The notes under the pieces were generated by a model. That model ran no database searches. It was not told the origin of the DNA and saw only the letters and a program-made list of their open reading frames with translations. Source: Glaucostegus cemiculus (lineage: Eukaryota). From it: DNA of 64,000 nt. A program made the position numbers and the translations under genes. The stretch spans positions 7,130,001 to 7,194,000 of the forward strand of contig CDPCPM010000011.1 of the NCBI GenBank assembly GCA_976551045.1, written 5' to 3'. Of the stretch, positions 54,901-64,000 are shown in pieces (within the stretch, counting starts at the first letter, position 1; each line of letters starts with the position of its first letter).

Positions 54901-56657
54901 TTTGGGTTGGACCAATAATTGTGAACAGAATTTGATCAGACCTGTAAGTGGATTATCTGGAAAGTGTAATGCTGACTAAACTGCTTGCACTAAAAAGGCA
55001 GGAGAGCACCATTTACATTTCCATCTAACTCAGTCTATTCAGATTAATAACAGAGAGAAATCCTGTGAAATCCTCAGTGGGTACCACATACGGAGAAGGT
55101 GCAATGACTGTAAGAGTAAATAATTCCACAGCTATTGACAGTGAGCAAGTATGACAGTAGCTTGTACTGAGTGGTGTATGTACAAGATTAAACCATTGAC
55201 AACATGGAGAAGAAGCTGTGCTGGAGAGAGCCAAGATAAAGATCTAACCTCAAGGCCAAACTCATTCTGGCAGTACAAACACTTCATCTGCTCCATTTGA
55301 TAGAAACAAGCAGCATAATTTGCCAGTCATTTCCTCAAGTAACTTTGACCCTCATGCAATGCTGCAAGGCAAGCTGAAACTGAATCTATTGCCATAACCT
55401 GTCAAGTGACTGTTTGTTAGGCATATCAAACAGTGTAACTGATTGCTGCTGGTCACCACAAGCTGCCAGTATCTTCCAATACATTCCCAGCACAGCAATT
55501 CACACCCATACTGAGGCAAACAGCACTTGCCAGTGCTCCCAATTAAATGGACAAATTACTCCCAGGTGGGAACCAAGGAGTGATTGAAAGCAATGAAATG
55601 TTGCCGGAGGGGACATTGTTAGCTACAGTTCTATCATGTCACTATTATGTATGCAGGCTTTTTATGTGAAGGTGCTGTCAACTCAATTTTAATTTATGAT
55701 TTTAAAGTCTGATGTTTCTTTAAAATGTGTCTGAAAATTTTCCTCACAGGTGTCATGTGTTCAGGATTGTATTGAAATGTGTCAGGCTTTGTCAAGTGAT
55801 GATGCCTTATGTCATATTATTCGGACATACATTATTCCCACAGATTGTTCAGTAATTCACAGAGGGAGTAGAATTATTTAGTTTGACATATGGTTTGCTG
55901 TAAAATGAATTATGTTTAGTTGCTCATCAAATTTTCCAGGCTTCTAAAATAAATATATATTATAGTCTTGGTAGTTTCAGTGCAAAGTGCAAGCTCACTA
56001 AAACAAATTGTGTTTTCAGATATCAGTTTTATTCTACAACATATTATTTCTCTGACTGTGACATGAATATTTATTTATGGGTTCACAGAACCAAATCTCA
56101 CATAATGAAATAATTCTGAGAAATTAAAGGAATTCAAAAGTAACACAGACCTTCTAGTAGAGATGCTTAAACACTCCAGGATTATATATACGTTGTTTCA
56201 GAGCTAAGATTTGGGGGCTAGAAACCAGATCAGTTGGAGCTGGTTTTCATTGCACAAATCTCTTGAAAATCATTTTAGCCTGGAACAGATCCTCCCAGCG
56301 ATCATTTCAGAGTCAAATTTCTGAGTCATGGGGAAATTGGACTGGGGGCTTCCTGGCAATGATTCATGTTAACGGGTCTGATGTCTGTCATCAGCACATA
56401 TATAATGACATTTCTAGTCGCACAAGATCTATTTCCATTCATTTAGGTTCAGCCTAGTACCTTTGCTGAACGATCATTGTACCATTAGTACAACACACAG
56501 CTTTGTTTATATTTGTTATTTAAAATGGACACTCTTTTGACCTTGAGAGACGTGACTGGGCAGCCTCAAAATTCACCGTTAGCTGCTTAAACGGTTGTGT
56601 ATGTTAAAATTAATGAGGACTGCTTTCTCCAATATTTACCTGCTGGCATACCCAGTG

Positions 56658-56707
56658 GGCACATCAATGGTGACACAGCTAATGGCACATCAGTGGTGAC
56701 ACAGCTA
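56658..56707. repeat. Tandem duplication, 26-bp period, about 2 copies
   Basis: ggcacatcaatggtgacacagctaat followed by ggcacatcagtggtgacacagcta (23/24 identical). Confidence 0.85.
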
Positions 56708-57302
56708 GCAGCACTGGAATTAACAATCACTCTAGTTAAAGCTTGGAAGTACTGTAGCAATGACAATATCAGTCATTTTATATCTGTATAATGAAGGGTG
56801 TGATTTCCTTCATACACATATCAACAATGCTAGTGAGTTAATAATTATTTACAAGAACAAAAATCAAATTGTAGAAACCAAAACTCTCAAGTTTTGGGTC
56901 TGAACTTTCACAGAGGTTTCACAATTTTATATTCAAGTTTTGATTCCCTAGTTCTATCTCAGAGTGTTCCCTGCATGGCCTTGGTCTGCCTACTGGAACA
57001 CTGTTCCCTTTAAGACTGAATAGTTGTTACTCTCAAGGAGCTCTTTCCCTTGAAGGGCTGGTTTTGGGATTAATTAAAAGGAACAGTCAGGAATGGTTGG
57101 CTGTGTATCCACACACTGCCTTAGGGGTCATACTGGGAGATGACCCTTGTAAGGATGGATATCAGTAGCTCACACTTACACATCAAACAAGCTCTCAGGG
57201 GACTGGGTAGAATATATTGCAAGAATTTGATGCAGCCCAGGCCAGTCCACCCTTCAGACCCAAAGCTGAGCCGGCTGACAGAATCCAAATCACAGGTGCC
57301 TG

Positions 57303-57385
57303 GAATAAAACAGTAACTGCCGCAAACACTCAGCAGGCCAAGCAGCTTTGGCGGAGAGAGAAACAGAGTTAATATTTCAGATGAT
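57303..57385 (-). mobile_element. Penelope-like terminal-repeat remnant
   Basis: aataaaacag...aaacactcagcaggccaagcagc...ggagagagaaacagagttaatatttcag is the reverse complement of the motif family at 9598-9678. Confidence 0.55.
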
Positions 57386-58479
57386 GTTTTCACTCTTCTT
57401 CCAAAGTAAACAGGACTCTACTCAAGGTGACAGGGCACAGCAGGGGGGGCACATCTCTGCTCCTGCAGGAGAAGCCAGTACTCTGGACCATCTTTCTGTT
57501 CATAGAGGAGAGCAATCTGCTGAAGGGCAGCATGTCTTTGCTCATGGAAAATACTGAGGTGCTGATGTGCAGCAGCCCTTTGCCCCTCTAGAATAATGAG
57601 TTGTTCCTGCTGGCTCTTCAATATCTCATTCAGCTTTCTTCTTCTTCCCTGAGGCCTCACATCTCCCTGACAGCCATATTGTGTGTTGCTATTGCCTGAT
57701 TGCTAATAGGGAGTGTATCTTTCAGGACTGAGAGTGTTCTGTGATTGCTGGGCAGCAGCAGCATTCAACTGAGTGTGGTCAACTCAGAAAAGCATCAGAT
57801 CCCTTTTTAGCAGCAGATCCCTTCACTCTAGGTGCAAACCTAACCCAACACCATTTTAAATATCTTTTGGGTCAAATTTGTCATTTTTGAGCACAGGACT
57901 GACAATTTGCTATTAATACAAAACACAACAGCTTAGCATACTGTAAAGGGGCCAAGACAATTTCTAGGCATTGAGTTTTCCCTTTCACTCTATTTGGAAA
58001 AAATTTGTACTCAGAGATCTTTTCTGCAATTTAAATTAGAAACATGACATAATTTTCATTTGATCTCTCCATTGTTCAATTTTCACAAAGTTAATGGATC
58101 ATGAATTTTCAATGTTTCAGCAACGACAGGTCTGTGTGCTTTCCTTCCTATCCCCTCTTAAAATTCACTTAAGCAAATCCCTTATAAATCTCTATATTTC
58201 TCCACCTGAGGGGCAAACCACCAATTGCTACAGACAGATCCAAGTATATGCACTTTGCTGCTAGGATTTTGAAATGGCAGTGGTTTGTAAGGGTGGCATG
58301 CTCCCAAGAAATTTATGCCAGTGATGGCACTTTCTCAGTTCAGTAAAATGGGCCAATGTCAGCAGGCCCATTGACTTAAAATATAAGCATTTTAAAATGC
58401 AAGTTTTAAATAGTTAGAGATGGACACATTGTTGAATAGTTAAGCTCAAATAGTTAAAATGATCCTAACTCTGGCAATA

Positions 58480-59300
58480 GAGTATAAGACTCGCTTCTCA
58501 CTATTACAGAAGGTCAGAAACACAGAATAGGGGAAGCATCTGGACTGACTCAAAAATCAGCTGAATCAGCGGAAGCAGAGAGGATAGGGAGTTGATTCAG
58601 AATGGAAGAGGTGATTATATGGTGCCTTGGGGATTACGTCTAGGGCCATTATTGTACATAAATGTTCTGGAAATGATTTGGGGACAGAAATAAAATTGTT
58701 AAAGTTTGCCAAGGTTGGAAAACTGCAGGTTATAAAGAACAAACAAATGAAATACAGAAATATCTGAACCAATGGGGTCATTTGGGAATTGGGAGATGTT
58801 GTTTAATATGGAAAATGAAATGTAAAACTGGGGAAGGGAAATGAACAACAGTAATGTGGGTTGACCATAGGAACCAACATAGGAAAATGATCCAGAGGTT
58901 TTGGTGAGAAACTCTTTGCAACCATCCAGTGTGCAACTAATGAATGCAACAAAGACATTTTTCAATGTATAAATAAGGGAATAGTTCCATATATTATACT
59001 AAGCTCCCATAAGGTATCACCTTATCCTCACCTGCATGGTCACCATAACTTAGATGGACGTCTTAAGTCTAGGGAGATGGTGATGTTTACAGTGGGCGGG
59101 GTGGGTTTGGGTTTGAAAGCACTGTCATGGATAACTAAGTGGTAGATGGGTGAAATTTGTAATCTGAACTACAGGGAGAAATGAAGGAAGATGGGAATAT
59201 CATATGAGAGAAGGGAAGACCTTGTCAACATTTTCAAATTTTGGAGGTATGCAGAATAACGAAGTTGGAATAAATTGGTTGACTTAATTATAATTCAAAA
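58480..59300 (+). mobile_element. Very old CR1 RT fragment
   Basis: ggtgccttggggattacgtctagggcca (decayed VPQGSVLGP), aagtttgcc (KFA), and tgggagatgttgtttaat (WxMxFN). Confidence 0.55.
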
Positions 59301-60776
59301 AGGAAGAAAGGATAATGAAGAGATTATAACTTAAAATCATTGCTAAAATAAATCAGCTTTACATTTAATTCAATGCATTGACTGTGTTTAACAAAATAGT
59401 CTGTACTTTCAAATCAGCAAAAGTCAATTGCAATGATCTTTTCTATTTCACATCTTAAATAGTAGCTGTCAATAGCCATAACATTATCTCAAGGACATTT
59501 TATCTAATGTATTTCTGCGCATTATTAACTTACACATTTTTTCTCTCTTTAACTTACTTCAGTTTAACATTTCACTTTACAAAACTGCTATCTTAAATTT
59601 ATCCATTCCAGCCCCATCAACACTACACACCAACACAATATTTGTAAGTGTCCTTTTCCATTCCTTGTTGCAACCTGATATGGCCCCTTTGTAACTTTGT
59701 CCAAAAAATGTTTCATACACCATGGTGAGTAACAATGAAAAAACTCTCATCTCTCAAAGGGAAATGAGAGCTTTTCAGATATTGAGCATGATGTTGGCTG
59801 TTTTCTTGTCACCTTTATTGCCCTGGCTTCTGCTACAACCATCATCCAATGAAAACAAGATACTTTTAACACCAATGGAGTTAAAATTAGATAAGCAGAA
59901 TTGCTTGCTGAAGCAGTAATATGATAGGGACAATTAGTAGGCAAAAATTGTTACTAGAGTTCTGCTGCAATCATATCAAAAGAAATTCTGACATTGCTGC
60001 AAGAGAGGTCAACGGTTTTGTTGTGCAGTCTGTGGTACCAATCTTTACAAGTACCTTTTCTGATGAATTGTACTGGCATTCCAGAAGGAAATCACCTCTG
60101 CACATGATGCAGATGATAATTACGGATGAAGAGCAAGATTTGTCCCATATTTATTCATTCATTCAGAACCCCACCACATACACAAAATTTGCCTCCATCA
60201 TCCTTCCCCCTACCCCCCCCCCCCCCCACCGCCATCTAATGAGCACTGTTCTACAGATCTTGCTTCTTTCCCTTTACATAAAAATCTATTCCAAGCTTCA
60301 ATTCCTTTGGGTAAAGGACTTGTACACATCAATTCGTAAGTTTTGTGGTTTCAGTCCATGTCTCCTTAATGCAATTTGCAGTAACACTTTGGATTTGTCT
60401 TTTACAAATATTTTCTGTCAGGCATAAAGCTAAATCTCTGAAATCACCCTCTCACATTCAAAAGTCTGTCTCCCCAGTCCTTTCCCACATTTTAATCACA
60501 ACGCCTGGGATTACCCTTGTCATTCTGTTTTGCCTCCAGCACTTATGAAATATTTGTGGTTGTTCTGGGCAATACACTCCTGCAGAGTAAGATAATCAGA
60601 AGATTTTCCAGAAAATGAATCCACTGAATTAAGTACATGAATTAAGCCTTATAAACAAGCCAGAAAATCGGGGGCATCACTGAGTATACTTTGAATCTTT
60701 GATATATGTATGCTCAGATATGCAAAGGCAGCTTAATCTGTTTTGGAGTCTCACTAAAACTCCTGATGTTGCTCAT

Positions 60777-60911
60777 NNNNNNNNNNNNNNNNNNNNNNNN
60801 NNNNNNNNNNNNNNNNNNNNNNNNNNNNNNNNNNNNNNNNNNNNNNNNNNNNNNNNNNNNNNNNNNNNNNNNNNNNNNNNNNNNNNNNNNNNNNNNNNNN
60901 NNNNNNNNNNN
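60777..60911. other. Assembly gap (135 N)
   Basis: Run of N characters. Confidence 1.
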
Positions 60912-61585
60912 CATTCAGCTGAATATATGCTTGTAATTCCCTCAATTAACCTTTCATAATTTCTTATGTTAACTTTCACCATTTCATTTTATTAAAATAC
61001 TCATTAAGTGTCAAGATCAGAAATTACTAACATCTTAAAATGAGCAAAGCTGTTTCTAGGATGTACATTGAACAAGGTTAGATGTGACAATCACCAGTAC
61101 ATGTTAATTTTACAATGTTGCACTTGGTGAACATAAAAATGTGGATCTTTCCTAATCATAATGCATTAGCTACTGTATTGCTCCTTCCAATAATATTTGA
61201 TGGGTTGTTTTACAATCTTCGAAGTATTAATTCAAATTGGTGTTGACACTAGAAACTAACAGCTCACATTGACCACTTTTTGGTGCTGCAGATACCCGGA
61301 GGGAATTTAAATGACAGATCTAATTATCTGTGATAAACTAATTAAATTATGCTGATAAGATTTTGGTTAGTGCCCAAGGTATAGCATTTATCAAGGGACA
61401 AGCCCTGTTTTAGTGCAATACACATGCACTAAGATCCTCTCAGTCAATCAGTATCTTGTCGATATCATGATTAGAATCTTTATTTATCTTTCTATTTTTC
61501 CACAGTTCTCTTCATTGATGTAATTTACAACTTTTTGAATGCAACAAATAATTTTAGGAACACTGCAACAGAATCTGAAGCAAGC

Positions 61586-61760
61586 CAACAACAACAACAA
61601 CAACAACTTGCATTTATATAGAGACAGTAACATTGTAAAATGACCCAAGGAATTTAAGAGAAACAAGCTGAAACTAGTTTTGGCACTCAGCTACATAAGG
61701 AGACGTTTATAGAAATGATCAAAAACATGGTCAGAAAGGTAGATTTCAAACCAGGCTTTC
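61586..61760 (-). mobile_element. L2-type LINE/SINE 3' tail with a (CAA)7 microsatellite
   Basis: (caa)7 c ttgcatttatatag...gtaaaatgacccaagg is the reverse complement of the L2-type tail (ctatataaatgcaagttgttgttg). Confidence 0.7.
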
Positions 61761-64000
61761 AAATTCCTAAGTTATTGAAGGTTTCAAAATCCACAAATGA
61801 AGGAGGAATTAATGGCTCCGTAATGAGCTGCTCATGTTTACACCTGACCAATGCAGTAATTTCAAACCTCTTGTGGAGCCATTGGTGTCACCTTCCTGGA
61901 AAATACCAGACCCAATTCTTGATGGCAAGGCTCTGTGCAGTGGTGGACCTTCTGAGTAAGGTTACAGTGGGTGGCAGGTAACATAACAAGCCCTGTCCAC
62001 AGAATAGGTAAGGAAGTTCTATGATGACTATCTGATCCATACTCCTGTCTGAGACAGCTGTCAAATCCTTCAAAGACATTGAGTGTTTCTGAATGTCTGA
62101 CCATCACAAATCTATAGATCAAGTAAAACAACTTAAAAATTGTCAGTTTTTTTTAGAAATCTAAAATGCTTAGAAACAATTAAAGACATTTAATTAAATT
62201 CAGTTAATTCAAACTGCCTATTGCTTAACTTCAAATGAATAGCAACCTGTCCCTACCTGGTGCATATTCATCAGGCGAATTCTCCAGCATAAATTCTGGG
62301 AATTAGTGTGACTTCTTACTCTGCTGTACTCCATGAAGAGTCTAACATTGGAATGCAGTTGGGGAAAGGCTACGAAGTAAGGCCAGTAAACTTGGGACTT
62401 TTGCATTTGCATATGCCTTCGTGGAAATCGCAAACTTGGAGGCATTTGCATAGGGAATTGCTATCAGTTCCCTGCAAAATCGAGACCATCATGATACTTG
62501 AGGTATTATTTTTCTCTTTCAGGACTTGTGCATACAATCAAGGTGATTGCTGGATGCCCTTGCATAGAGACTTTATAAAGCAATTTGGGAAATGAAGGAA
62601 ATTAAAATGTAAAAGAGTTATATAAATCAAATTATAGATGGGTTCACTTTTAACAAAACAAACACTAACTTTTCAAAAAAAAGGTCCACATATTATTTCC
62701 CTGAAAAAGTTACCCACCATTGTTGATATTCTTTACAATCAACAGTTAAATATTTCTTTGCACAGTTATAAATCCATAAGTGTTTTGGTATAGTCTCTGC
62801 ATGGGAAGATTGTTTCATGAATCAACAGGTCAACAGTAACAGTGCTGATTCAGGTAGATAGCTGGCTGCTGGCGTTTCAAATGTCGACATTCCTCACATT
62901 GTGGAGAGCAGCCAGAAAGGCAACCAGCTATGACAATTCTGCTATGGTTCATTTCAGGGAGGTGAAGAAAAAATAATGTTGACTGGAGCTTTTTTTTTTG
63001 AAGGGCCTTAAGTGTCTATAATTTGTAGTATTTTTCCCGGGAATGCTTAGTCTGTAAGAAAAGCAGGTTTAACATAGCTCAAGGTGTTGTACCAAATCTC
63101 TATAGAGCTGATGAAAAGATGAGCCCAAGTGATCCTCTATACCTCAAATCTTCTATTGTACATCAATGAGTCAAAGATGTTTAGCAATTCACCTATCACT
63201 TAATTGGCATCTCTGTGCTCCAAACTGGTAGCACTATAAATGTATGGATTGGGTTGGACTTTTTTATTTCATTCCTGCCTGCATACATCACATTATTTGG
63301 AGACTACAACAATACTGATATGTTATACTACAGAACCAGAAACATCACCTTGATATAAAATCACTTTGCAAGAGGAAATTTGATGTTTTAACTCCAAATA
63401 TCATTAACTGGACACTGGTGTATTTCTCACCCAGAGTAAGTGGAAAACAACCATGTAGTGGTTGATGGACTCGGGAAAATTGAATATTCTGAGGCTACCT
63501 TTTGGCATTGAGCAAATATGGGAGGTTCAAAAGATTTGTGGTAGAAAGAAGGGGGTAGAATGATGGAAGGTTGAGGGTTAGCCCGTATCAGGTGAGGCCT
63601 AGGGGTTCCTTGCAAGTCAAAAGGAACATCTGTGTTCCTCTTGGTACTACCAGGGAAAGGACCATTCCTGCCTTCACTTGGCATGCAAGTTGTGATAGTT
63701 TACTGTTCAGGCTAGAGTTTCAATTGCAGTTGGAAACAGACTGGATGAGCTTCTTATCTGCATGTTTAAAGGTCCATGCCAATTCTTTGCTCCCAAATAT
63801 TGTCCTTTGTGCGCAGTTGTATCACGTGCAAGGAATCTAAACCATTTTATGCACTATGTGCCCCAGGAAGTCCCAATGAAAATTGATCTTTCATGTCCAT
63901 TAAATCACACAGCACATAAAACAATACACTATATGATTGAGTTCTAATGCACCTCTTTAATTTTAAACTCATTGTAGTTATATAATGAAAAATATGTTAA

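Noticed and set aside
59921-60427. 168-aa plus-strand ORF
   Set aside because: No recognisable domain or splice context; the poly-Pro stretch comes from a C15 homopolymer (60213-60227).
60699-60982. Five ORFs spanning 60777-60911
   Set aside because: Artefacts of the N gap.

Overview
AT-rich vertebrate genomic DNA, most likely from a cartilaginous fish (shark or ray; inferred from the CR1, L2, V-SINE and Penelope-like repeat mix, not proven). The whole window lies inside one minus-strand gene, netrin-1 (NTN1). Four coding exons can be read with canonical AG/GT sites, and all internal junctions are phase 1: 49622-49434 (189 nt, laminin-EGF V-2), 23155-23006 (150 nt, V-3), 20991-20938 (54 nt, linker) and 24-1 (start of the NTR/C345C exon, running off the edge). 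The last two are not translated in the right frame in the ORF track. The introns between them are 26,278, 2,014 and 20,913 nt, plus more than 14 kb of the upstream intron. The rest is intronic: decayed CR1, L2 and RTE LINE fragments (several nested, two with visible target-site duplications), SINE and Penelope-like remnants, some repeat-free motif-dense blocks that could be enhancers, and a 135-nt assembly gap. I find no support for a new gene system, RNA gene or CRISPR array. The best leads are a candidate poison exon at 52963-53158, a GC/CpG block next to the 54-nt exon, and paired CR1 copies flanking two in-frame exons. Repeat boundaries are approximate and family names come from recalled consensus motifs, not database searches.
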